Below are positions 32,601 through 46,873 of a stretch of DNA of 64,000 nucleotides, piece by piece. Under the pieces are notes generated by a model. It did not search any database. It saw only the letters and a program-made list of their open reading frames with translations, and was not told the DNA's origin. The DNA comes from Macrostomum lignano (lineage: Eukaryota): the NCBI GenBank assembly GCA_002269645.1, contig NIVC01001791.1, positions 25,382 through 89,381 on the forward strand, written 5' to 3'. Position numbers and translations under genes: made by a program. Position 1 is the first letter of the stretch; every line of letters starts with the position of its first letter.

Positions 32601-34695
32601 CAGACGGAGGAAGGCTTTTTAGTACACGCGCCGCACCAGTGGGTCGAAGGCCTGACCACCGTGCTTGCTAAAGTGATGCGCAGGCCCAGATCGCACTTCC
32701 GAGCGGTTTGCCCTCGCCTTGGAGGAGGTTTCGGTGGAAAGTTAATAATGGTAAGCAAATGAACAAGATTCTTCGAGTTAAGCTTCATTCTCAGACGCAT
32801 TTTAGATATACACTCGTTTATCTCAACCGAAAATTTTAAGGTCGACCACGTGGCCTCGGTGTGTGCTATCGCATGCGAGCTGAAGCATCGTCCATGCACC
32901 ATGTTCATGAGGCTGGACACCCTTGCCCAGTTTGAGCAGAAACGTCCAACCGTGCTAGCCAAGTACAAGGCCGGCGCTACATCCGATGGTCAACTCATGA
33001 GCGTTCACTGGAACAATGCAGTTGACGCCGGAGTCTCCTGCAACTTTATCGCGATGATTGGCCCAGAAATCAACTCCGGCCTGGACCAAGGCTACTATGT
33101 GCCGACGTTCAAGACTGATCTGATGTACGTTCGAACGAACAAGCCCGGCGCCACTGCCGTTCGCTCGCCTGGATCCGCTCCAGCTACGATTATCAATTTG
33201 CTCATGATGGATCACATGGCGCATGGCCTTAAAATGGATCCCATTGAGTTTAAGCGACGCAACCTGTACCAAGCTGGGCAGGTGAGTAAACTGGTGATGA
33301 GTAAATTACTACCAAATAGAAATTTCGTGTCTGAAAGCATACAGAATTTAAAAAATTGTCTGTAATTTTTAAAATTTGGCAGGTTGACCAGCATGGAGTA
33401 AAGCGAGTCAACGACAACCTGCCGAAAATGTGGGACGAACTCTACGCCGAAGCCAATATTGAGGAACGCAGGAACGCCATCGAAAAGTTTAATAAGGTAG
33501 ACGTAAACCACCAATAGTTACTGTATGACTTCGAAAGTATTTTGCAAAATATGAGTAGTAAACAACAATTGAATGAACAAACTTTCAGGAGAACAAGTAC
33601 AAAAAGCGAGGACTGGACATTTCTGGCATTTCGTACCACATTGGCTACGACAGGTTCGGTGTTTCAGAAGTTGACCTGACGGTGCACATGGACGGCAGCA
33701 TCTCCATTGTGCATAGCGGACACGAAATGGGTCAGGGACTGACTACTAAGGTTGCTCAAGCGGTTGTCGCTCAGCTGGCCGAGTTTGGCGCCACACTCGA
33801 CATGGTGAAGGCCAAACCGACCGACACTATGATGTTGCCACAGATGGACATCACTGGTGGCAGCGCTACCAGCGAGCTCAACGCCATGGCTGCCAAAGTG
33901 GCGGCTGATCAAATTAAGGAGCGCCTGTTGCCGGTCAAGGAGACAAAACCGGAAGCTGGTTGGAATGAGTTGGTGGTGACCGCCATCATGTCTGGCGTAC
34001 TTTTGAAGGCGTTTGGAACGTAAGTATCTCGGGATAATTTTTTTGGCTGACCTTGATTGGTTCTGCAATGTGCATTAATATTGTTAGACATCAGACATCG
34101 CATCTTCACGCCTCTACAATATCGCTTATCGTCAATCTATTCCAGTTACAGGAGCAAGAATCAGGAGGGCCAGCACGCTAGATACGTCAGCACTGGAGTA
34201 GGTGCGGCCGAGGTGGAGGTGGACATCCTCACTGGCGAGTACGTCGTCCTGCGCTCGGACATCACGATGGACATCGGCAAGAGCCTCAACCCTGGCGTGG
34301 ACATTGGCCAGATCGAGGGCGCCTACGTGTTCGGCATGGGTTACTACCTGACCGAGAGAACCGTGTACGACTCCGACACCGGGCGAAACCTGGCCGACGG
34401 TACCTGGAACTATAAGCCGCCGCAGGCTGCCGACGTGCCGCGCGACTTCCGCGTCCGCCTAATGAAGAAGCCGGGAGACACCGACAGCGTGTTCAGCACC
34501 AAGGCGATCGGGGAGCCGCCGTTCGGTCTGGCGGCCACCTGCGTCACCGCCATCAAGAGAGCGATTGAAGCCTTCCGGAAGCAGCAGGGAAAGCCGGACG
34601 TGAACCTGACGTTCGAGCTGCCGCTGACGCCGGCCCGGGTGCTCCAGCTGTGCGAGGTCGGCGCCAAGGACAGGAAGTTCGATACCGTCGAGTAA
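29623..34695 (+). CDS. Aldehyde oxidase / xanthine dehydrogenase-like molybdo-flavoenzyme, 14 exons, ~1281 aa (in-frame upstream ATG at 29602)
   Basis: Exons 29623-29671, 29759-29928, 30028-30339, 30440-30697, 30784-31185, 31279-31389, 31472-31538, 31625-32007, 32100-32191, 32285-32750, 32841-33281, 33383-33496, 33589-34019, 34146-34695; 3846 nt in frame. 2Fe-2S motifs CREGGCGCC and QCGFCSPG...GNICRCTGYR; FAD domain GNTS and AGNLMMKH; Moco domain RLGGGFGGK, EMGQGLTTK, GQIEGAYVFGMG, KAIGEPP. Confidence 0.96.
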
Positions 34696-37600
34696 TGAAA
34701 CCGCTCAGAGCTTTTCACGCTCGGATGAAACAATTAAATACGATTCTAAATGCTCTTACAATGTGGCTCTAGATTATTTAATCCAATTAGTTAGTAGATT
34801 AATCATCAGAACATTTTTAGAAACTCTTTCAAGCCTAATTCTTATGGCGCTTCGTAGTGTATACCTTCAATAAATAACTTTGATTAATCACTACAGTACG
34901 AGAACGTTGGTCTATACAAAGATATTTTAAAAGTCTATTTTAAAAGTACGCTCTATCCATAATCCCTTTGAGGTGGCGACGCACTCCTAAAAAATTACAC
35001 TCCTCAGTTAAATTGCCTAAAATCTAGGAGTGAGTTATTTCCTATAAAGTTGTAATTTTTACCAGAGAAACTTTGAAAAAATACGCTTTAATTACCACTG
35101 ATTAAACTACGGTATTTGTGCATCTTTTTTATTTATTACAAAATAGAACAAAAGGCTGTGCTCAGTTGATTAATTTCAGTTGTTGTTAGGACAACCAAAA
35201 TGGCTTCTTGAGTTACTTATTTTATCTTTAGCTATTGTGGCCATATCTTGAGAATTAGAGAATTAGCGGAGGTTGATAACCTCCAATGACGGAAGAACGC
35301 CTGCGGTGATGGAGAAACCTCTTTTAATGACGGAGATGCAAACTCAAGTGACGGAGATGCTCTGTGAGGTTGCGCTTGATTTTTGCCGTCGGGGGTTGAG
35401 GCTGCTCTTTTATTACTTTTGTGACAGTGTATTTCGTAGAAGTGTGTACCGTATTTCCTTATCTCGCATTCATGCCGTACTGCTTGTATTCTTTTATTTA
35501 TTTTAACAATATTCCATACGTATTATTATCGCGCTTATGTTACTGCTAAATGTTTTGTTTTTTGTAGCCTCGTATGTATTTATTTTATTATTTGTATTTC
35601 ATTCTATCGTTATTATTTCACGTAAAGTAGTTCTACCTATGTACATGTACTGATACATGTATGATATTCTTATGATATTCTTGCACGATATATTTTATCG
35701 ATTAATTTGTACATTCACATTGCGCGTGGGGGCTTGTCTGGCTTTTGGATTAGGGGTGTTGTTGTTATCTGTTTACCTACCAATTAAATATATGCTTACT
35801 CTACAGTCAGCGGCCGCTCTCGCCCTTCCCTCCCTCGTTGCTTCGCTTCTCGCTCTAGGCTCGCGAACCCCTTAGCTATCCGGCCTCCTTGCCTCAACTC
35901 TCCCGCCGCCTACCTCGGCCCACCAGCCAATCAACTGAATCCCGATCTTTGCAAGGCATAACGCTTCAAAGTAACGCTAAGGGTGAAAGTGGCTTGCCGA
36001 TCTGCTAAATCTAAATCGTGAACTATCCAATTAACCGCGCTACACAACCGCTTTACTCGGTGCGTGCCCGCCACACCAGTTGGGTGAGTCATTTTAACCT
36101 TTGTATCGCTGGTTATATAATCGGTCCTCATTTATCAAAGTATGTAACTCAAATATGCGAAAAACTCAAAATCTAAAAATTCCAGGTGGTCACACTCTAT
36201 TTTTAAGACCACGAAAACAACGAATGATCATTTTTGCAACAATTAAATTTAGAACTCCGGGACTTCTTGAACTTTAGGTACGTAGAATACTTCCGATTTT
36301 CCGATTTTGCTAAAACTTTTGCCAGAGTCTTAATTAGAGGCTGTCCAAAATGATAAAATAATAAAGCAAATAAAACTGCAAAAAATTACTGTCAGAGTTA
36401 ACAGGAGCTCAATTTGTTAATCCCCTATGTAATTAATGATAATTCGATGCAAGCAGTTTCGGAGAATTGTATGTTTGAAAATTAAACTTTTTTAGAATCA
36501 TGGCTCTCAAACATAAATATTGTCTAAAATTTCTACAAAAATTGAAATTGAATGAAAATCTTAAATCTCCTAAATGAATTTATTGTAAAAAACATTTAGG
36601 AGGTTAAATTTTTAACTCCAATAAAAGGAGTGTCTATTCTAATTTATCTTCACTCAGTCTGTTATAGTGCACCAAAAGTGCTACATTTAAATTAGTGTTT
36701 TAAAAAAAATGCTGACTCACGGTTTGCCACCGCCCTTGCCTCCTGCTTTTGATTCGCTATTGTTCTCTCATGGTTGTGACTAGCTGTACATTCTTTAAAT
36801 GTTTACCTATACTTAATTTCTACTAATCTGCGTTATCTTCTCTATTCTGAAAGGTAATTATAGCTGCTGATATCAATTACTTTGATAAGATTATAATTTT
36901 TTCTCAATGGAAGTGTTTGATAACTTGCTGAAAGTTTTTATTTAAGCTTCATTACATTTCACTCTGGAACCCTCAGTCTCCGAATTTATCTACCTTATCT
37001 ACAATAGACCCCCATGCCTCTATTGAAGTTTAGGTAGGTAAAATCAATCCCGATGAAGATTCTCCCTACCCTAAACCCCCATTCCCCATGTCTTAATGGT
37101 TGGTGGTTATTGGCCATCCCCCCCTCATTAGACCCCCTTTTTAAGTAGATAAAATCAATTCCCATGAAGATTCTTCCCACCCTAAAACCCCCCATTCTCC
37201 ATGTCCCGGTGGTTGGCTTTAAGCTACAAAAAATTAAGCTCAAATTTGAAATCAACACCATAAAAAACCCATATAGAGACAAAATTATGATCCTATCAAA
37301 ATTGTAACTATTTTATCTACCTAAAGTTCAAGAAGTCTGAACTCCGAATATGGTATTTGATGCTTGAACTCTATTGTATTCGCGAAAATTCTATTTAATT
37401 TTCCAAGGGTCAAATTCCAAAAAGCGAAACCGCAACCTACCCAAAATAACCTGTTTCTCACAAGATTTTCCTATAAATAAAAGCCAAAATCCGAGCTAAA
37501 AATCTCCGACTCGGAGCAGCCTCTGAAGATCTTGAGCTTACTGCAGAAGCTAATCGAGGCTGCATCTTTGAGGAAGACGAATACCAATTGGTAAGCCGTG

Positions 37601-38158
37601 TTTGAGCCTTTGTTATTGATTGATTGAGAGCGATTTTATTGCCGGCCGTTACTGATCAGTTGATTTAACTAAGTTTATTGAATTTGAGGCCTCCCCTTTT
37701 TCTAAGGGATTGGATAGGATCTGCGGACCGATTCCGATACCCTTAGAGGATTATCGATTGATTGATTTGGATTATCCTAGAGTAACCGATAGGAGCACAC
37801 GACTCCGATTCCGTTAGTTATAGAAGACGCCCTGTCTGGAGGACCTCGTGTTGTTATAGAAAATTGACTTTGTTATTAGGGCGCATCGTTAATATTAATT
37901 TCTGCACTCGAGGAACATATTGATTTCTGCACTCAAGGAATACTGCGACGTCGACGGATTAAATTGTTACGCTCTCACTTTCGGCCGATTTTAGAATTCA
38001 AAAGAAGACAACTTCGGAGGAAGAAGATTCGAACAAACGAGCTCGGAGAACCTGGCCAACAAAGAAGAGGAGCCCGCATTAGTAAGTGATCACTGAATTC
38101 TGTTCCCAGGCTTAGGTTCTGTAAGTGGGAGTTCGTGCGATTAGACACTAGACATAAT

Positions 38159-39500
<1,342 letters not shown>

Positions 39501-39504
39501 CCTC

Positions 39505-39511
39505 CTCTCTC

Positions 39512-39594
<83 letters not shown>
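39505..39594. repeat. (CT)n microsatellite, right flank of the Penelope fragment
   Basis: Read directly. Confidence 0.97.
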
Positions 39595-39595
<1 letters not shown>

Positions 39596-39599
39596 GTGT

Positions 39600-41040
39600 G
39601 CTAAAGTGAACTCTTGAGGCTGGAGCAGCGGCGCTGCAGTTCCAGATTACTAATTTGCCTGACAAGCAAGACCAGGACCAGGTTTTACACGCGGTTCGCC
39701 ACGCGATGCTCCAGCCCGACTTTCAAGTTCCGGCGGCGGTGAGTGCATTGGTCCAGAAGCTGCTTTGTCTGAAGCTGTCACCGGACAGCGCACTGCTCCA
39801 CAAGGGGTTGCCGGCGATTCCCCTGCACATGTGAGGGCAACTGCTGCAACAGGCGCACGACCGGCCGAGCGCAGGTCAACTCAGACAGCGTGGGGGGGGG
39901 TTGCTGCGGGCCTGCGCGAGCGTTTCTGGTGACCAGACATGCGCGAGGATGTGCGGGACTGGGTTCGGGGCTGCCTAATCTGCAAACGCCGTAAGGAAGC
40001 GCCGAAGCGAGCATGCGCTGAGCTGGTGCGGCAGCCGCTACCGGCCAAGCCGTGGGCTGTCATGCAACTTAAGTCAGGCAAGCGCTACATCCTCTGCTTT
40101 GTCGACACGCTTTCAAAGTGGGTGGAGGCGGCGGCCCTCAGCCAGATCGACGCCAATACGGTAGCCGAGGCTCTGGTGATCTGCGTGATGCTGCGGCACG
40201 GAGTTCCGGAGGTCGTGCACTCGGACCAAGGTCGCCAGTTCGAGGCCAAAGTTTTCAAGCAGACCTGCGCACTGCTCGGAGCAGAAAAATCGAGGACCTC
40301 ACCGTTTCACCCCAGCGGCAACGGAAGCGTCGAGAAATTCAATAGGACGCTGGGCAACATGCTCTCGGGATTCTGCTCGGAGAACCAGGCCACCTGGGAC
40401 GCCCTGCTGCCCTACATCTTGTGGGCCTACTGCAACAGTTCTGAGCACAGCTCCACGGGCGAGTCGCCGCTTAAAGTTCTACGCGGCATGGAGCCCAGAC
40501 TGCCGGTCGACTTGGCGCTCGGTGGGCAGCGCGACCATCCTTAGGACTTCGCGGACCTGCAGACGAGAATCAGGCGCGGCTTCCAGTTAGTGCGGGTGCA
40601 CCTGCACACGGCTCAGAGATCGCAGCAAGAGTTCTGCAATCTAAGGGCAGATACTACCGACTTCCAGACCTGTGTCCGAGCGATGCTGACGCACCAGGCG
40701 ATGAAGCGCTGCCAGTGCAAGACGCTGTCGAACCGGTGGTCCGGCCCGTTCATGGTCCTTAAAGAGGTCGGCCCGGTGAACTACCAGCTGCAGGCCGTGA
40801 ACGGCAGGCGCCGGTTGCTGGCCCACCACGACCGTTTGAAGCGCTTTATCGATCGTTCGAATCTGAGCGACAGGCCGTCAGCCAAGCCGGCCACCGAGGA
40901 CGAATTTTAGAGCGCCGAGGACTCCGCGGATCAGCTGGTTAGCCTGGGAGCAGCTGCGCGACCGGACGCGGCTGAACCCGGCAACGCGTTACGCCGGTTG
41001 GGCAGGCAGCGACTGCGGCCGGATTTTTACACGGCGACCT
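39600..41040 (+). mobile_element. Decayed Ty3/gypsy LTR-retrotransposon pol fragment (integrase)
   Basis: Zn-finger remnant (AHD...RFW*PDMREDVRDWVRGCLICKRRK); catalytic core FVDTLSKWVEA..HSDQGRQFE..RTSPFHPSGNGSVEKFNRTL; GPY/F-like RWSGPF. In-frame stops and frameshifts are present. Confidence 0.9.
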
Positions 41041-42931
41041 GTTGACGAGCTTTCTGTCCGTTGCTTGATTAGGACTTATTTGGCGTTGCATCAACTTTCT
41101 TGTTGTCCTTCCTTTTGTTTTAATTCCGTTTTTTATCCCTTGTTTTTCTTGGTGAAGGTAGTGTGAGATTGCGTTTGATTTGTGCCGTTGGGGGTGGGGA
41201 CTGCTCTCTTGTTAATTTGTAGAGTGTTCTACCTCCCGTTAAAAAGGTAAAAAGAAGATAATCGTATAATAGGTAAGTAAGTACACGCATGTGCGCCTAA
41301 AGCTTTGAATGAATCACGCTACCAAGAAAAGATGTTACCAGAAAAATACGCCATGAGCCATTTCCCCTTTTAGCGCAACACGTAAATTGTAATGTTGCTA
41401 TTTTGGACCGAAAAAGCGCCTATAAATACAAGTGGTCCGAAGCGGACCAGGAGCCAACTCCCGACGAGAGGAGAAGCTCCGAAGAGGAAGCCTTAGGAGG
41501 ACTTCCTGAACAACCAAGTCAATCGAGACTCGGTCGAATTGTTGCGGTAAGCCTTCCTTATTTGCGCCCGTTGTGTTAGAGACGTCTCGCTTAAGTCTAT
41601 TGAGACTTGAGTTTATTTGAGTCTGTTGAGACTCTTGAGTCTGTTTAGACTCCATTGGTTGCAGTCTCCAGAAGGACTGCCCCTGATAGATCTTAGGAGA
41701 TTATCAGTGGTTTCCGGAGCTATACCTAGAGTGCATAGAGGCACTGCTAGAAGAAGGAGGCTTAATTTAAACCGCAGTTTGGCGCAGGGATCCCATTGTT
41801 AATTTGGAAGCTTCCCATTGATCCGAGCAACAGAATCCGGCCGGAACTATTTGAAGAAGGAAAGAATACTCGGACCCGAACTACGAACGACAGTCACAAG
41901 AGACTACAGACGAGATCTACTCGAGATCGACATTGAAGAGACACTTCATAAGGACTCAAGGTAATTGAATACCTTCTGTTGACTTACCGGGTTGCCTAGC
42001 TACTGAGCTAGAGGTGATTGTTCCTTGATTATCGAAAGTCGGGTAATAAGGAACACATCAAATTGCATCTCGCTTTACTCTGTGCATGCCCGCCACCCCA
42101 GTTGGGTGAGTCGTTTGGACCCTGGAAACAATACAAACTCCAATGATGTGCTACAAGTCTTTCGTGACAGAGAAGAGAGACTAAAAGACACACAGCCATC
42201 CCAAATACACACTTGATTTCAAAGCCAGAGTCGTCAAATGCTGTACATGTGAAGCACATTTAAGAAACGTTTATAAATTTAGAAAAGATTGTCCAGGACG
42301 GATGAGCGGGCTGCTAACTTTGCCGGGACCGTTCAGGCGGGGTCAAGCGAGTACCCGGAGATACGTGGACTGCATCCTGAGCGACGCTTCGGTGCTCTCC
42401 ATCTGACGCTCCCTCCACTGACTTATTGGGGAACTGCGTACTTTGTTGTTGTTTTTCTTGTCTTTTTGTAGTCGTTGTTGTTATAGATAATACCCTACAT
42501 CTAAATTTAATTTACAAGCGTAAAGTATCAGATACTGGCTGTCCTAAAGCCGTGTGGCATATGTTGCTGTGGTTAGACTATATGACCAGAATACAATTCA
42601 CGAGTACACTCAGTTTGCCGTTACAAACCGAGTAAAGTTTATCGTGGAGATAAGAATGGACAATTTTTCAATATGACCGTGTTTAATACAGGTGTGCGTC
42701 GTACGAGCCAACATGGATAAACGCGGGCATAGGAAAACTACAACTAAGCATAGGCTCAGGTGCCTCGTGACTTTGTTAATAAGCATTCTGAAGATCTTAT
42801 CAGTCGAACCCAAGTCCCTGGAAACATAAGACTGATATAAGCTGGTTCTAAAAATCTTGCTACAGCAGATACACACCCCTAAGTCCTATAGCTACACCAA
42901 GCAAACCAACTAAGCAAAAGGCTCTAGCAAC

Positions 42932-45900
42932 ATGCAAAAAGCTGTTCAATACACCCCGCCTTCGAGTTCCGAGCCAAACGAAGCTGGCACGGTGTCGCTC
43001 TGTGAGCTCCCGGTGCCAACAAAGCCTCGACGCGGACACGCTTTGGTGAGCATCTCTCATGCCGGAGTCTGCGGCACCGACCTGCACGTTCTATCTGGTC
43101 GCGGCACTGGCTCACTTATTACTGGTCAAGAGCCTCGAGTTCTCGGACACGAAGCTTCGGGTCACGTGATTCAATTAGCCGACGACGAGGACGAATCTGC
43201 GAAGCAATCAATCAAGATTGGAGAACTGATGGTGCTGCAACCGGTGGGACAGTGCGGCAGCTGTAGGCAGTGCAGGGATGGCAGGTTTGTGCCATGAACT
43301 TCCAAAGACCAAAAAGATGACTTTTAAATCCTTGAAGTAGGCTCTCTAAACATCAAATCTCTTTTTTATCTACAGATACAATCAGTGCGACGAATATTTT
43401 TCAAGCTTTATTGGGCTGAACGTTAACGGCACTTGGCAATCAGTGCTTGAGGTACCGTTGGACAGGATTCATCCGGTTGATCGCTACTCGGGCGGACAGG
43501 TAAAAACTGTAGATTAATCTTATAAACTATTACTCCAGGAATAACATTTGTTTATGTCCCCAATGAGAATAACATTAACGCATATCGAATCCAGTATAGT
43601 CAAAACTTTCTTCTGCTCCAGAAACAGTGAGGAAAAACAAAAAAGATGGGCACCACTCCCAAGGAAGAAGACACACCCTTCCAAAGAGGGAGACACACCA
43701 TTAAAAGGACAGATACACCCCAAGTACAGAGACTCACCCTTCCAAGGACAGAGACACACCTTTCCATGAAGGGAGACACAACCTTAGTTTCAATGACAGA
43801 CTCATTTCCAAGGACGGAGATTTAACCTTCTGAAATAGAATGGGGTTTCTTCCCGGTTTAGGCCCTTGCGGATTACCTTAAGTCTCGAGCCTCTTCAGAG
43901 GGAAGTTCTCTCAAATCTCAGTAGCGTAGGTAGTGCTGCCACCAGTTCCTTCAGGTCTCGGCCTTCGATGAGGTGAGCTTCCCGTCGGAACGAAATAAAC
44001 AAGTCAACGAACTCAGCACAGCGTGCAGATTTGCAGATTAATGAACAAGGCGTCCTGATCAGCAGATCCCCGCCGGGCTCAGGGGTGGCTGGGAAGGCAG
44101 TGTTAGCCTCCCTTAGGCTTGGGCTTTAGTGGGGTCTCAGTCAGACCAGAACAAACGGATTCAGTACGCAAAGGGCACTTAGTTAGACACTGACGCACAC
44201 GGGATCTTAGTGAATTCTCCGCAGATAAGAAGCCAAATCCTTGACGGAAACAAGGGGAGAGGGGTCCTATTTATAGCCGGGAAACACCCACGCACAAGAC
44301 CTCGTGACTTGTTCTATTTTTAGAACTGACGTCACTTGAGATCTCGAGGCAGGGTCTCAGTGCGCGCAAGACCTCGTGACTCGTTCTATTTTTAGAACTG
44401 ACGTCACTTGAGGTCTCCGGCCAGAGTACACGCGGCTGTGACTCAGTTGCTATTTTTAGCAACATGAGTCACTCCTCTCCTTAGAGAAGGGAGGGGTCCG
44501 AAAGCACGTGATTCTCCCGGTAAACAGGGCCAACGAGTGCAGTAAACATGTAAGCAAAGTAAGCAAACATGTTTACTGCACTTTAGGACTCGAAGAACGC
44601 AGAGTCTGTCATGTGACTTGCTCACATGACAGAGGAAAACGGGACGGGAACGAAACAGAGACAGCCCACAGCAGAGAAGCTGAGGGCTGAGAACAGAGAC
44701 GCAGAAGGGCAGAACAGGCCAAGGGCAGCAACAGACGGGCCAAGGGGGGCGGGAAGCTGACCAGCGGCAGACAGCAACCCAGGGCGAGGGCGAGGGAGAC
44801 TGCTGACAAAGTGGGACGCCTAACATCAACTAGCGGATCACTACACTTCCAAGGACAGAAACCTTTTCAAAGATAAAGACACACCCCCTTCCAAGGACAG
44901 AGACACACCCTTCCAAGGATAGACACACCCTTCCAAGGATTGACACGCCATTCCAAGGACAGAGACACACCCTTCCAAGGATAAAGACACGCCATTCCAA
45001 GGACAGAGACACACCTTTCCAAGGATAAAGACACGCCTTTCCTAGGACAGTGACAAATTAAACCCTTCCAAGGTGGGAGCCATTCCCTCCAAAGCCCCTC
45101 AAGGATGATAACATTGCCTAAAAAAGCAGACACTCCAGCAAAGACAAATATCATAAATAGATATCATACATCTAGATATAATTCCTTTAAAACACAGATT
45201 ACTTCAAATGTACATGTAGCTGAGATTGCAATAGTTCCACATGGTAGACCTTGGTAGTTGAGTTATTGAAAAGTATAACACGTATAACTCGATCTTTATT
45301 ATTGAAACTCTCAAGTCGCCGCCAGCCGACTGGGCAGCTCTAGCCGAGCCGCTCTCCTGCGTTCTTAACGGCCTGAACCGCCTAGGCCACCTGCCTGGCA
45401 CCAGCCGAGCTCTCGTAGCCGGCGCCGGCATCATCGGCCTGCTGGCCTGCATTGCTCTGCGTCGACGCGGCGTCGCTCGAGTGACGGTGAGCGAGCCAAA
45501 CGCCCAACGACGCCGCCTAGTTGAAGGCCTGGGCCGAGCGATTAGCGGCCTCACCGCCTGCAGCCCGGAGGAGGTGGCCAAACTAAAGCCGTTCGACGTC
45601 GTTGTCGAGTGTAGCGGCTCACCAGCGGCCGGTTCGCTCGCCTGCGAGGTGGCCGGCAATAGCGGCCGCATCCTCCTGCTGGGTATCGGCAACGTGGATA
45701 GCCAGTTGACGCTCGAACCGCTGGCGGCGTTCTTCAAGGAGCTCACGGTGCTGTCCGCCTGCGCCAGTAGGTACACCCTGCCAGAGGCGATCGGCCTGCT
45801 AGGCGAGCTGTCCTGCATCGACGGTCTTAGCCTGGAGCTGTTGGGAATTAAAAAGCTACCTATAGAGGAGTTTTCAAAAGGACTGCAGCTAATGCGAGAT

Positions 45901-45942
45901 GGCCAGGCTTCTAAAGTGCTGCTGCAGCCGCAGCGGGCTTGA
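42932..45942 (+). CDS. Zn-dependent medium-chain dehydrogenase/reductase, sorbitol/threonine-dehydrogenase-like, 3 exons, 367 aa
   Basis: Exons 42932-43284, 43376-43499, 45316-45942 (phases 2, 0). Catalytic Zn motifs GVCGTDLH, GHEASG and EPLSC; structural Zn CGSCRQCRDGRYNQC; Rossmann motif VAGAGIIG. Confidence 0.93.
43841..44825 (-). mobile_element. Probable solo-LTR-like insert in dehydrogenase intron 2
   Basis: The minus strand begins TGTTAGG and could end ...CCCCA. It has tandem ~72-bp enhancer-like repeats each containing TGACGTCA, followed by CTATAAATAG (~44268-44277), and it splits a CCTTCCAAGGACAGAGACACA minisatellite. No TSD was found, so the boundaries are uncertain. Confidence 0.5.
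44850..45075. repeat. ~21-bp degenerate minisatellite (CCTTCCAAGGACAGAGACACA)n; the other half lies at ~43670-43815
   Basis: Read directly on both sides of the LTR-like insert. Confidence 0.85.
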
Positions 45943-46873
45943 CAAAATTGGTTATTGAAGACAACTTTGTGCCGCATATAAGTCTGTTTTGGCGAAATAC
46001 ATACTCGAGAGAGAAATCGAGAGAGAAATGATTTGAACGTTACATAGTGTTTTACGATGATTAAAAATCGCAGGTGCCATTCTCTTTGAGCATTTCGCCC
46101 CCTGTTGAGTGTTAATAGCGTGACCGATACAGTATTTGGCTAGATCTAAAAGCATGTACGAGCGTACATTACTCAGAACAGCATAGAAAAGATCCCAAGG
46201 CCCAACAAGGGAATTAAATAGTGTACGGGCAGGGCAGTACGTTTATCTCCTTTCCACTCTGCTGGGCCAATTGCGTCCCTGCCGGCCCTGGCTGGATCCA
46301 CTCAATCCACCTTAAATATATGAAACAAGGGTCGACCACTGATAGAATAATTACAATAGGATATATGTACTGCAATATCACATATGTACACGTAACAGTA
46401 CGTGATCCCATATCATGCAACCTGAATAATGATGTCGCATGTCGATGTCTGAGATGCTTTCCGAGATCAGCTGCGACGTCGATGAGTACTTTCACGCAGT
46501 ACATTACGCTGATGTCCAGCCGAGCGCGTTAGACAAATGTTAGTACGTACATGTATGTCATTACATCGATGTTACATGTACGCATGTGTGCGACAGAAAG
46601 CAATAAATATTGTAGAAAAATATGTAAAATTAAAAAAGTTTTTGTACTGTAGCATCTGTTAATTAGTCTGTTACACAAATGCTAGTTCGCCGTAGACTTC
46701 TATTGACGTTGTATACCTCGGTGACGTCGGCGGCCGCTGGTTAATTAATGAATTATTACTGCACAATAATTGATTAATTTACATGTAGTTACCGGTCGCA
46801 GCATTGTCAAGATTTACAGAAATTCTGTCTAAGAAAAAAGTGTTTAATAGATTCTTATCTTGTCAGAAATGAA

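Noticed and set aside
42288-42480. Possible RTE-like LINE 3' end (RRGQASTRRYVDCILSDA, TTG-rich tail)
   Set aside because: Too short and degenerate, with no TSD, to support a call.
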